Origin: Paraspadella gotoi
Lineage: Eukaryota; Animalia; Chaetognatha
Length of the DNA: 64,000 bases
Assembly: GCA_051294375.1 (NCBI GenBank)
Contig: CM119265.1
Span: forward strand, 18,192,764 to 18,256,763
Reading direction: 5' to 3'
Below, one piece after another: positions 24,201-36,887 of this stretch; within the stretch, counting starts at the first letter, position 1; every line of letters begins with the position of its first letter. The notes beneath the pieces were generated by a model, which had not been told where the DNA came from, searched no databases, and saw only the letters and a program-made list of their open reading frames with translations. A program made the position numbers and the translations under genes.

Positions 24201-25074
24201 CGCTCACCTTTTTTTTTTTAAAGTTGACTCGAAAGAAAAGACAGTGGTTTGGAGAAGCGGGTCATATTTTAATTTTTGAACAAGAGGAAGAGACTACTAG
24301 TCTTTATCAGTCTTAGAGATAATAAACTCATTCGATACTGCGGTGGTTTCCGATGTTTTTCTGATGGACCACGTGACGCTGTCATTTTTTGTTTGCTCCG
24401 ACTACTCAGTCTATGTTTGTTTGTTTGTTGATGACGATTGTACTGAATCAACCTCGTTGTATTCGAATAAAATCTTATATTACTGTGATGTGAGTGAGAA
24501 TGACGGTGAATGTGACGACGGCGAGAATAGTCTTTTTGACACGCGCAGCTGTTGTACGAAAGATAGGATAAAAAAAGAAGTTAAAAAATATTTAAAAGCA
24601 TTAAGGAAGAAAAAGTTTGTCGCGACCTTTCGTTATTTTTCGTGTGTGTTTTTTTTTTTTTTTTTTTTTCTACGCTGCTGTATTTTCTCTCTTCAATAAA
24701 GTCAACGATAAGAAAATGAGAAAAGACAAATCGAAAAGACAAAGATAGAAATAAAATGGAAATAAAATGGCAAAAAGTGGTAATGACAACTGGCAAGGGA
24801 ATAAAATGACAACGGAAAAGGTCGGAAAAATGAGGATAGCCTGTCCATCGTGTCCAAAGTCAAGGGAAAGTTAACTTATTTATTGATTGAATGGAATAAT
24901 TTTTTAAATTTTTATATTACATAATTGTGCAAAAAATAAATATAGAAACTTTTCAGCGAAACTAATTATTCTTTTATGTCAGATCTTGTTTAAGAATTAT
25001 ATTTCAGGTCGCTTCCTAAATGACTATACAAGTATACATATACAATGACAATATACTATTGCTTAGTTAAATCG

Positions 25075-25690
25075 ACCACCACAACAATGCACACTCAACG
25101 ACTAGCCCACAATACCACCACCATGAAGACTACCACAACGACCACCACCATGAAGACTACCACAACGACCACCACCATGAAGACTACCACAACGACACCA
25201 CCACAACGACTCCCCACAACGACCTACCACAACGACGACCATAAGACTACCACCACAACGACTACACCACGACCACCACACACAACGACCAATCACCTTA
25301 AGACTACCACAACCACTCCACAACACTACCACACAACTACCAACACAACGACACACACAACGAGCACCACCACAACGTGACACCACAACGAGCACACAAA
25401 AACCACCACCACTACGACACGACCACCATGAAGACTACCATAACGACCACCACCAAAAAAAAAAAAAGACCGACCTACCCACCACAACGAGCACCACACA
25501 ACCCACCAAACGACCCCACAACCATGAAGACCACCACAACGACCACTCCACAAGCGACTACCACAACGAGTAACACATATGACAACCACCACAACGACTA
25601 ACAACATGAAGACTTACCAAACGACCCCACAACCTACAACGACCTACACAAGTCCACCTCCACGTTTTCGACCACGACCACGACCACACG
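25075..25690 (+). repeat. 27-bp/ACC-ACA-ACG tandem repeat with Thr-rich (mucin-like) coding potential
   Basis: Repeated accaccaccatgaagactaccacaacg (TTTMKTTTT), increasingly degenerate, with the reading frame shifting between ORFs. Confidence 0.7.
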
Positions 25691-26370
25691 AGAGAGCGAA
25701 GACTTCCAATTACGGACGGCTTCTCCGGTCAACGATTTTCGATTCCTCGGTCACCGACCAGAGGAAGACGACGACGACGACGACGAAAGACGACGACGAC
25801 AACGACGAACGTAACCAAAAACGTTTCCGTGACAAACACGACGACCTGGACGACGACGACAACCAAAAAAGTGTCACCATAACGACGACGAAAGCGTTCT
25901 TTCTCATTCCCGCCGTCGTCGTGTGAACGCGGACGTCGTCACTCCGCTTTCGACGCGGCAACGCAGTATGATCGAGATGCGGTTGCTATGACAACTCGGA
26001 AACGGAATGAGAAGAAATTGTAAATTTCGGCGATGCGCTCGTATCGAAAATTATGACATTGATCTTCTCTTTTCGTTGGTGTTGTTCGTTAGTTAGTTTT
26101 GTAAACATCGAGTCTGTTCTTTCCGAATATGAATGCGAAAAAAAGAGCTCGAGACAAATGCTGGTACCGGCGGGAGTTTTTAAGTATGACTATGAGTCGA
26201 GTTGCTGTCAAGATCGTCAACCAACGACTACGAAGCAACCCACTGTAAAGAAAGTCTTTTCTTTTTTCCAGTATAAGTAGAATTCGAAATAAAAGAAAGG
26301 GAAAAGGGGAAATAGATAAAGGCGATAAAAAAAATAATGAATAGTAAGAAACAAAATCAAGGGGGAAAAA

Positions 26371-26477
26371 AGAAAAGAAAAGAAAAAAAAGAAAAGAAAA
26401 GAAAAGAAAAGAAAAGAAAAGAAAAGAAAAGAAAAGAAAAGAAAAGAAAAGAAAAGAAAAGAAAAGAAAAGAAAAGA
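26371..26477. repeat. (AAAAG)n microsatellite
   Basis: Seen directly. Confidence 0.95.
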
Positions 26478-26993
26478 ATTTTAAAAAAAGGAAAGCATAT
26501 GGCGATGGTAATAGAAATTAAAAAAAAAAAGAAAGAAAAACAAAAGGCGAAAAAGGTACAAGCGAAAGTCTAAATGTTTTTTCTGCCAAGACGAAATATT
26601 CTCCGGTCCGTCGATTCTCACGCGTCGATCGTCGCGTCGCTTCCGGTCACGTGACCCGAGTACCGGAACGGCTGCCCTCGTGACCAGAAGCAGCGGCGGA
26701 AACGGCGGCAGGAAGCGGCGGGGGAAACGGCAGCAGGAAGCAGCTGCTGCGGCGAGTTACGATTCAAATTCGATCTGATTTGGTTGGTTGGACCATGAAA
26801 TATACAAAGCTTCTGTAACAGCTAACGCGTTTGAAAAGGCGCAAACACCATTGAAAAATTCTTTCTATGATAATGATTATTCTATTGATTATTTAAATTT
26901 CGCTAAAATTTCCGGAAATCATTATGAAACCATCCTCAGTAATTCCAATTTCAAGTCAACCTCATCTTGATTTTAACTTAATTTGGTTAAGAT

Positions 26994-27270
26994 TTATGTA
27001 GTCGGGCATTGCCTAGGTTAACCCCGCCTATAAGCATGACACCTTCAGTCCTGACCCGGTGGCTCATTGAGTAAAGCCATCAGCTCATGACCACTAGGTA
27101 CCGGGTTCAATCCCAACCTGGTACTTACCTGGTCCATCCCACTTTCTACATGACAACCTCAGGGTTCGAACCAGGGACGCACATTGGGATGGTGCATTAG
27201 GCCACTGAGCCACTGAGGCGCTGCGAAATATACAGCTTTAATCCATCTGTGGTGATAGGACCACCAGAAC
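26994..27270. mobile_element. tRNA-derived SINE-like element with two convergent tRNA-like heads
   Basis: Plus-strand head 27053-27124 (TGGCTCATTGAG ... GGTTCAATCCC). Minus-strand head ~27155-27220 (TGGCTCAGTGG ... GGTTCGAACCC). Segment 27125-27270 is repeated at 36742-36887. Confidence 0.7.
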
Positions 27271-27971
27271 CCTTTCCATTTTCGTCGCAAAAGAATTTTC
27301 AGCTAAAATATTTTTTACCCATCAACAAGGAAGAACCGACTTAAAGTGTCTCACTCGCCAAATGTGATTCTAAACAAAATTAAGGAAGCTCTGCCGCAGC
27401 TTCGATTATGAAATCAAGAGGGGGGATTAATTTCGCCTGGAAAAAGAAAAGAAATGATCAATAACTCCTTAATTCGCTCATGGAAAGTTTAACCCTTTTT
27501 TTTAATATCGTTATTTCTTTCCAAGGAAGAAAAAAAATGGGGCGATGTCACGCAGCGTCTTTTATTAAAACGGGAGGACGCACGAGCGAACGTCTCGAGT
27601 ACGAAATTACGCGTGTCCGTTCCGACTTTCGATGTGCGTGCAACTTGTATCGGTGCATGCAGATTTACGGAACTTTGCGCGTGTGCGCGCTCAAATGGAG
27701 AGTACACCAAGGGTTCTCTTCTTAGCCCAAGTACGGGATTAGCCACGGCAACTTCGCGAGGTGAGCTACGTCACGCGCTCTTCTTTCCGTTTTTAAACTC
27801 GACAAAAATTTCGATAAACAGGAAGCATTCGGTTCCTCTCTCTCCCATACACACACACACACGCACACAACACACACAACAAACATACATACGCAGACAC
27901 ATTCAAATGTCACGTGACTTGTTATAACGCGCTTTCTCGTTTTGAAAAGTTGAGGAATATCCACGAGGATG

Positions 27972-28063
<92 letters not shown>

Positions 28064-28878
28064 CTCAGTGAACTTTGAGGACCTTCTGGTGAGTCTTTCG
28101 CGAATCTGAGTATGAGGTTCTCGGGAGGGTGAAGAAAAAGTTTTGGTGAGAAAAAGAATTGTAAAAGCGAAAAAACCAGAAGAAATCAGACTCACTTCTG
28201 GCTCATGGTGATGGTTATATCCTGTATTAATTACCCATTCCACCCTACTATGAGCAGCGATGGAACCACGCACGTTTACTAGTTTCCTAGTTTACAGGCA
28301 GAACCTTGCAAGCTTTCAATCAAGACTCTCTCAGTCTCGTTTATTCACTCTCACAGTTATACGTGGGTAAGCGAGAATATTGAACCTACAGAAATTAGAT
28401 TCTAAAACTTCCGAGTACGACGATAGCTCTTGTGTTTATTTTTTTCATTTTTTGACGAAGATGTGTTTTTGATGGAGAGTATCAGACGTCTTCTTCAAAA
28501 AACCCCTAACTTCCCCACATAGAAAAAAAAAACTTGCCTGGTTTTTATTGATTTCGCGGCGGGGACGAACCGGTCTCTGTCAAATGTCGCCACTTTGATG
28601 GGCAGACTCCTGTCGTGACCACTCGCGTCAACGTTCTCGAAGCCGATGTGACGTCGATGACTGTGACGAGGCGAGGCAAGCTTTTAACGTCGAAGCTTAC
28701 CATGGAAGCTTTTACCAGGCAAGTTTTTAACGTCGAAGCTTACCATGGAAAAAAGTATGACGTCTAAAAATACATTGCCCTCCTTAAATTTAGATTTTTT
28801 TTTTTTTTGTTTATTTTTCTCGTTGTCCGCATTTAAATTTATATTTGGGACAAAGAGAGAAGTTTGGCACTTTTATCC

Positions 28879-29660
28879 GAAAGCGCCCCATTTCTATTCC
28901 GATGCCTGAAATTAATTTTAATTACATATTAATGCTTAATACTATCTTGGAAAATAAATAAGTTGCCTAAACCTTTTTTAGTTTCAGCAACTTTTACAGC
29001 TCTTTATTTAAAGATAAAAAAATAGTATACTTATATTAAAAAATAAACTTATTCTGATTTAAATGAGCTTATTTTGAACGTAATATGTTTAAAAATAATA
29101 AAGTGAAGAATAAAAAAATATATAAAAACATTCTGATTTGAAAAAAATTTTTTAACATTAAAAATAATTTTTTTATATAAATAAATATTTATTAATATAA
29201 TATAGCTTAATATTAAAATCAAATCAAAACCCCTAAAAGTATAAGTATAATAATATACCTAAAAAATATTATTATACTATAATAAATGATTATTTTTAAA
29301 TATTATCACAAAAATTAAGAAAACTAAATTTTTATTATATCTTTTTTTTTATTAGAACCTTATACCTATGTTATTGATCAAATTTTACTGAATAATAGCT
29401 TATTCAAATCCTAAAAATTATTAAAATAAATTATTTGTTTTTTAGATTATGATATTAAAAAGGTTAAAAGTTAGTCCAAAAGTTTTGGCGACTTAAACTT
29501 TATTCTTGTTTTCTAACCCTCAATCCTATATCTAACAAAAATTTTAACCAAATCCTAAACTAATCTTTAACTTACATTATTTTTAACCCAATCCTTATCT
29601 GTAACTTTAAAACCTAAAAACCATTTGAATTCTGAATTTAAACTGAAATGGGGCGCTTTC
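28879..29660. mobile_element. Probable MITE/foldback element with very AT-rich interior
   Basis: 16-bp perfect inverted repeat gaaagcgccccatttc (28879-28894) / gaaatggggcgctttc (29645-29660) bounds ~750 bp of extremely AT-rich sequence with taacc/cctaa-like motifs. Confidence 0.55.
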
Positions 29661-29991
29661 TGAAAAGATTTCCGATTTTATAAATCCAAGGGTAATGGGG
29701 ACGAGTTCTTTTCGATTTTTAGGTCATTTATCATCCGGCTCCGATACAGGGTCATTCTGACACTTCAACTATCTCTCCCTCATTCCCACGGGACTCATCA
29801 CGAACTGAATCGAAAACTAAGGCAAACTCGTTCCAACTAACTGTGAAAAACAGCGCTCCGTGAAAGATTTTGATGCTATTTAAAAAATTATTGGAGCACT
29901 GTGGACGTACTGTGAATAAAAAAAATGGTGGAATTTATCTCTCATAATTAATTATTTGGTATTTTTTCGACAAACTGTCAAAAATTGTTGG

Positions 29992-31261
29992 ATGATGGAG
30001 ACTCAAACAAATACGAATAACGCTGAAATAGAAATAAAATCGGAGCATTTAGAAACAGATGAAAATGAAATACGGTATGTAACTAATTTACTATTTTAAT
30101 CATCATCCTAATCGTTTATACCGGCAAAAGTTGTTGACGTTAATCGCATTTCTTGGGATTATCCCGATGCTCTTTTTGTTTTTATTCAGGAACGATTCGC
30201 GACGCCATCTCTTTTGGGGCGTCTTTCTCTACTTCCTTTACGTTCTTCTCGTCTCCAGCTGCAGCCCCATTTTCCGCAGCTCCGGCGCGCTTTCGACGCC
30301 GCATGCGCTGGCGCTTCTCTTCGTCGGAGAGGCGGCGTCGACGACGCCGCTGATGCAGATCGCTCGTCGAAACTGGACGGCAAAGACGCCAAAGCAATGG
30401 GCGGCGTTCCTCGGCGTCGGTTTCATAATTCACGCCAATTTCCTCACCTGGCGCGGCAGCGTTATATATCTGCCCCTCGGCAGCTACGCCGCAATCGTTT
30501 CTTCTGGCATTTTCTTGGGGCCGTTGGCTGCGTCGGTGGTGCGGCGACGCTGCGTCGACGCGGCCGACCTCGCGGGCGCCGCGCTCGCCGGAGTCGGCGT
30601 CTTGCTTATAACCCGACCGTCCTTCTTGTTCGGCGCTGAGAAACCCGAATCGCCGCTGGGTTATTTTTTCGCCGCCCTTGCCGCTCTCTGCAACGCCGCT
30701 TACCCATTTTTCTACGGATCCTTCGCCGGCGTCCATTGGTCCAACTTCTTTTGTCTCCGTCTTATCAGCGGCGCCATCGTCGCCGGCGCCTGCGTGGCGG
30801 CGACTGGCGGCGTCGGGTGGACGTCGATGCCGAGCCACGCCGTCGTCAGCGTCCTCTGCGTCGGCGCCTTTTCGACCATCTACCGAATCTCTCAACAGTT
30901 CGCCTGTCAAGAGATGGAACTTTTTGCTGCCGGAACTGCCGGCGTCCTCGGGAACATTCTCACCTCTGGCGTCATCCCGGTTACGGCGATCATGTCGGTG
31001 GCGATGTTCGGCGAGCGTCTGACGCCCGAAGAGACGGGCGGCGTCGTGGTCGTCTTCGTCGCTATTATCGCCACCGCCGTCGCTAAAAAGTTGAAGAAGG
31101 AGAGAGGAGAAGAGAGAGTTGAAGCATCTGTGGACGCAGCGGCGATGGAAGGTGGAGTCGGTGGAAGTGACAAGGACATTGAGGGAGCGTCGTGTGGAGC
31201 GGACGACCGTACGGCTCGCGAAACTCTAACGGAGGAAATGATGCAAGAGATAAACTGTTAA
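29992..31261 (+). CDS. EamA/DMT superfamily transporter, SLC35G-like (~384 aa, 2 exons)
   Basis: Exon 1 29992-30074 (MMETQ...EIR; donor cg|gtatgt) and exon 2 30190-31261 (acceptor ttattcag|, phase 2). About 10 hydrophobic segments; GVLLITRPSFLFG and FGERLT motifs typical of SLC35G/EamA; AATAAA at about 31470. Confidence 0.85.
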
Positions 31262-31910
31262 AGTCAAAGCTTTTGTCTCGTTGGCTGCGGATATCCGATC
31301 CACAATTACGGCGAGCACTGCGACGTAGAACTAATTTAATCCAAATTTTCAGTTGAATTCGTCTCAATGTGTATTGAGTAGTAGTATAATTCCTTTAAGT
31401 TATCTCATAACTTATCTATTGATCTTTTGATTTACTCACGTTCCTTGTTACTTTTTAAATTTGTTAAAGAATAAACGTATTCTTATTGTAAACCTTTTAT
31501 TTCTGATAGATAAATCATGAATCATCATTCACCATTAAAATTAACGGCTTAAAAAATTAAATATGAACACGAAAACTTAAATGTACTAAACGGTTGTCTT
31601 AATATATTTAAAAGTTCGTTTTTTGTTTTTTTTTGTTTTGTTTTGTTTTTTGCTAAGGGAATCAACTTCCGTCAGACGCAACGACGAATTAAACGCCTGA
31701 CATCTTCAGCCAAGTCGGACCTAGTAGTTGTTTTTGTTATCATTGTTCGCTCGTTGTTCTCACCGTCGATGCTGCTTTCGTCGTCGTCGTCGTCGTTTTC
31801 GTTGTCGTTTTGTTTTCGACGTCGTCCTCCCGATACGGTCGTCATCGCTTTTGAAGCGTCATTCATTGAGGTCGTCCGGGGCTCTGAGGGTCATTTCTGG
31901 GTCACGGCCT

Positions 31911-31992
31911 GAGAGAGCGAGAGAGCGAGAGAGCGAGAGAGCGAGAGAGCGAGAGAGCGAGAGAGCGAGAGAGCGAGAGAGCGAGAGAGCGA
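31911..31992. repeat. (GAGAGCGA)n octamer repeat
   Basis: Seen directly. Confidence 0.9.
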
Positions 31993-32323
31993 AAGAGAAA
32001 AAGAGAGAGTGAAAGACATATATTTTTTATTCTATAAATTTAAGATTTTTGCTATAATTTATTCTTTTTTTTATTATTTGTGTTCTCTTTGTTATCAATA
32101 TTCAAGAATCATCATTATAAATATATTCCTATTACTATCATTATAAATATCGCTCCTTGCCTGGAAATTCCAATTTTAAAAAATGTCCCCTGAATCCTCG
32201 AAATTCCATTTCCACTTCGAGTTCTACTTCTCTTTCGTCTCTACTTCTTTCCGATTCTCAACTTTATCAATAAATTCCCCCGGCGACTTCGCTCGTTTCC
32301 CCCCAGGAGTGCGTAAGGGGCGC

Positions 32324-32429
<106 letters not shown>

Positions 32430-33975
32430 TCGCACGTGTTTCCGTTTTGTTGCAGTCTTGTTTTGAATTTGTTTCCTTTTTTTATGACCGAGAAATAAAG
32501 ATGAACGATGTAAAAAATATAGGCTTACGTACGTAGTAAAGAGGAGGAAAACGTGACGTAACAAAAAAAAAACACAATAATTTACCCGCAAATTTTAGTT
32601 GTAAGTGAACTTTCAATTATAATCTCTCACGATTAGTCACAATATTTGACGAAAAAATCGCGTTCAAAAAATAAAATAAAACTAAATAAAATTGAATTGA
32701 TAAACGGCATTTCAAAGTCAATGCAAATTCATTTCATATTAGCGCGAAATGTAAAAAAATAATTTAATTACTTTTCCTAGTACATTCAATATTCCCACTC
32801 TATCTCTTTCCCTCTCTTTCCCTTTTGTCTTTGGCTAAACCAAGAAGTTAGTCTCACCAAAATTTGCTCTCAGCGTCTTATGCAAATATGTCTCGGAAAA
32901 GTTTAAATTGAAAGCTTATTTCAATATTAAAAGTTTTTTAATTAAATCGTACTGTAATTTTTTTTTTCCACGCCATAACTGCACCATATTTTCTACTTTG
33001 CAATCTCACGCATTAAACCGCCTTCAATTTCCTAAGCGCCCCACCCCCCACCCAACCCCAACTGGAGTTTCCCGGCGTTTCCGAGTCTTAACCCTGATTT
33101 TTCCTCGAAAAATAAAAAAAAAGTTTTAATTCGGATTTTTTCCTTCTTTTGTTTTAAACTCAAATTTTATTGTATTTTTTCGCCGAACCGCGTCGTCATT
33201 ACGTGAAAAATATTCAAAGCAATCTCTCTTTCGCTCTCTCTCTCTCTCTCTCTCTCCTTCTCCTCTCTGCTCTCTTCTCTCTCTCTCCTCTCTTCTCTCT
33301 CTCTCTCTCTCTCTCTCCCGCAAGGAGAATTCGAGGGTTGCCTCCACGGCCCACAGCTCCCAATTTCCACGTCTCTCCTTCAATTGACCACCCCTCTCCG
33401 ACACCTTCTGTCGCTCTTAGGTCTTAACCCCAAAAGTCAAAACCATTTTGCCGACTGCTGTTCGTATGTTTTTTTGTTAAAAGTGCAATATGTTCACTGA
33501 CGTTTTTCATTGCCAATGGCTTAATCACGCTCTGAATATTTAAGTTTTATGAATTTCAAATCGATCGTCGGCCTTCAACCGAACTTCCTCACTATCATCA
33601 GCCTCGACATTGTCGACAATATTACCTTTGAAATTGTCATCTTCTTCATTGTCAACTTCTGCGCCATTTTCGACGACGGCTCAACGTTTTAGCCTCCAGC
33701 GAACCAAATTTCATCTGCGTGAAAAACTTCGCCTAGTGACGGAGGAAAATAGGCTTAGGGACAAAAGACAAGCAGACGAAAAGAAAATCACTTATAGAAG
33801 GATAAATATAGAATGAATATAGAAGGACTAATATATGAATATAGAAGGACTAATATATAGGAAGGGCATGCAAAGGACACAGGGAAACTGCGTACTTAAT
33901 TCACAAGGAACGACGCATAAAACAGAAGCAGACGGAAGAAATACCAAAGGAGACATTTTGTAGCGGTGCAGTAAA

Positions 33976-34129
33976 AAGTGCACACAAAGCACTGCGCTCA
34001 AAGACCGGATCTTAAAGCATGGCGCTCAAAGCTAGGCGCCCAAAGACGGACTGACAAAGCAGGGCTCTCAAAGTCGGGCGCACAAAGCTGGGCGCTCAAA
34101 GCAATGCGCTCAAAGACGGGCGCACAAAG
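33976..34129. repeat. 14-bp minisatellite, 11 units ending in (C)AAAG
   Basis: AAAG ends at 33989, 34003, 34017 ... 34129 with exact 14-nt spacing; consensus nnnGGCGCTCAAAG. Confidence 0.9.
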
Positions 34130-34293
34130 GAGCAGCGACGCGAGGAGGACGGACGACGGACTTGGGGCGGAACGAGAGCCTGAGTCCCGCGGGGGCAGAA
34201 GGGCAAAAGTTGTTGTCGGGCATCCGAACGAAATTCGAGCAGAGAGCGGGGAACAAAGTGAATTTTCCATGGGGCAACAACCGCCGCGTTTCG

Positions 34294-34379
<86 letters not shown>

Positions 34380-34576
34380 TCTCTACCCTTAATGGAATCT
34401 CTCTCCCTCCCAAAAAATGGCATGAATTTTCGTGGCCTTTGGAAACAAATTCAAATCGGAAACAAACAAATAAAAAACAAAGCGCAAAAGTCGGCGGATT
34501 TCGGCCGCGGTTGGCATCGCGACTTTTCGCGTTTTGGATGCGAGATTCACGATCGATAAGAGAATGTAAATTCGGA

Positions 34577-34678
<102 letters not shown>

Positions 34679-36032
34679 CACGAAAAACGAGTTTCTGTTT
34701 ACAAACGCCATCTGTGGCGAAGAGTCTCCGCCACAGAAAAAAATGGGTTTTTTGTTTTGGTTCCTTTTTTTTTATATGAGAGCTTTTTTTCCTTTTTTTT
34801 TCTTTTTTTTCAAAATTTTAGTTCTGTTTTGTACCAAACGTTGACTTCGTTAAAAAAAAAGGGGGGGGGGAACGGCGAACGCGTTGAAATTTGAAAAGTA
34901 GGATTTACGAACGAGTTGTTGTCACGTGATTCGCTTCTTACTTACAAAGGTCCACTTTAAAATGGGAGGTGAAACTTTTTGGGCATCCTTTTGACGAATC
35001 TAAGAACAGATGTCAAATTTTAACGTCGATATCAAATGTCTATATAAATAGTGTTATTTAAATCGTTTAAAAAATGAAAAAAATTTTCAAAAAATTTAGG
35101 ATAAGATTTCTTTCGATATTTCAACATGTTCCTTTCAATTTTTTTTTTTTATCCTCAGCCTATTCTTTTTCCGCTCTTTAATATTCGGTTCATCTCTTTC
35201 CTCCTACACCTCTTTTCCTCCCCTGTCTTTTAGCCACATTCTCTATTATTCGGTTCATCTCTTCACTCCTCAACCTATCTTTTTCTCCTCTCTTCTCCTT
35301 CCTCTCTTCCATCTTTACCCACTCTTTACTCCATAAACTTGGACGTCACTGTCAAAGAGACGTCCTGGATTTCGTGGCTAAAAGGTCTCTCAGTCTCTGG
35401 CTCAAACTCTCGGTCGACGCCGAAAACGTCATTTCCGGTGACACTTCCTCGTTTTTCAGATGACATTTCCTCATTTTCGTCGCCATTACGTCACTTTCGC
35501 AACATTACGTTGGGATCGATGCCATTACGTCTGACTCAGCCACTTACACTTACTTACGGTGAAATTTGGTTTATTTCAGAAACAGTACATCAAAGGAAGT
35601 CTCATCCTTGTCGCATTGTTGTCTTCATAGTGGAGCTTCTATTTATTCGTGTAAAATGAAAACAACGAACATTCAGAAAATGCCTTCTGCGGAAGAGGGC
35701 GCCATACAACATTCCTATTAGTTTGTTTTCGTATTTTTTTGCAATTTACTAAACAAACATTAATTTCGTCGTTTGATAATATCGTGTTCCTCTTGAATCT
35801 TGGTTCCACAAAGTCCCATCTTAAGTGAGACATCTGGCTTAACCAGTTGTCAGTCGTCAGATTTCTCAGTTCCTCCAAATTTATTTCGTCATAACACTTC
35901 CCCCCCCCGAGTCCCCCCCTCCCTCTCGGTATATCCTCCCGCCATTCCTATGGGTCCCCTCTTCTGCTAAATGTTCACCATCCTAATCTACTCTCTTTCA
36001 CACATCCAAAACCAATGACCACACTCCTCCCT

Positions 36033-36102
<70 letters not shown>

Positions 36103-36636
36103 CACACACACACGCAGCTGCCACAACCCTCTCTCACCACCCCAAAAACCGATGACCAAACTCTTCCGCAAGTTCCGCTGTGTTCATTCTCCCTCGAAAC
36201 GATTCATAAATAAAGATGCGAGACGATTAAACGAGACGACTTCCCGACCTAAACCCGGTTCGAGGCTAAGGGGCTTATTTACTCCTCCCATAAAAACTGA
36301 GATTCCCGAATCTTAGAACACGAATCGAAATATCTCTGTTTCCCGCGCAAACCTTTTTTTCGGTCGCACAAATAAAAAGGCAACAATTTCTAATTTCCCG
36401 GTCGGGTCTAAGAGATGAAGTTGCCATTTTTTCCCCCGGATCTTTATCAAAATAGCTAGATCCCGGAAGAAAACTGGATTTGAATAGCACTTTTATCCTT
36501 TATATTCATTTCGTTACATGTTCCCGATTCCCAGATTTTTTTTTCTGCTATTTTATTCTTTCCTTCTTTACTACGTACTTAACTATGTACGTAACTATGT
36601 ACGTATCTTCGATAATACTGAGGAGGCTGGTTTTAC

Positions 36637-36887
36637 AGGGCGCCACACCCGCAGCGGTGTCACCTCGTGGCGACAGCGAGACAGCATATTCATGTAGTCC
36701 AGAGCTTTGGATCTGGCAGTAGGCCCATGCCTACAGGCGGGTTACCCGGTCCATCCCACTTTCTACATGACAACCTCAGGGCTCGAACCAGGGACGCACA
36801 TTGAGATGGTGCATCAGTCCACTGAGCCACTGAGGCGCTGCGAAAGAAACAGCTTTAATCCATCTGTGGTGATAGAACCACCAGAAT
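36637..36887 (-). mobile_element. tRNA-derived SINE-like element (same family as 27.1 kb copy)
   Basis: 36742-36887 is highly similar to 27125-27270 and has minus-strand A/B boxes. Its GC-rich, hairpin-rich left portion differs from the 27 kb copy. Confidence 0.7.

Noticed and set aside
27053-27124. Functional tRNA-Met gene
   Set aside because: T-stem and anticodon stem are mismatched and it is embedded in a repeat; treated as tRNA-derived.
27213-27235. Hammerhead-like CTGAGG...CGAAA (also 36830-36845; CTGAGGA at 11719 and 11801)
   Set aside because: The first lacks A9 and stem III, and its ctgagg pairs as the tRNA-like acceptor stem; the CTGAGGA copies have no GAAA.
30131-31261. Bacterial horizontally transferred EamA gene
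   Set aside because: It has a spliceosomal intron, an SLC35G-type RPxFLFG motif and the same GC-rich codon style as neighbouring exons.
33976-34129. CRISPR-like array
   Set aside because: The 14-bp period is far too short, the context is eukaryotic and there are no cas genes.
36638-36700. HDV-like ribozyme (gtc-acctcgt-ggc resembles P3/L3)
   Set aside because: I could not build consistent P1, P1.1, J4/2 and P2 pairings by eye; a descriptor search would be needed.
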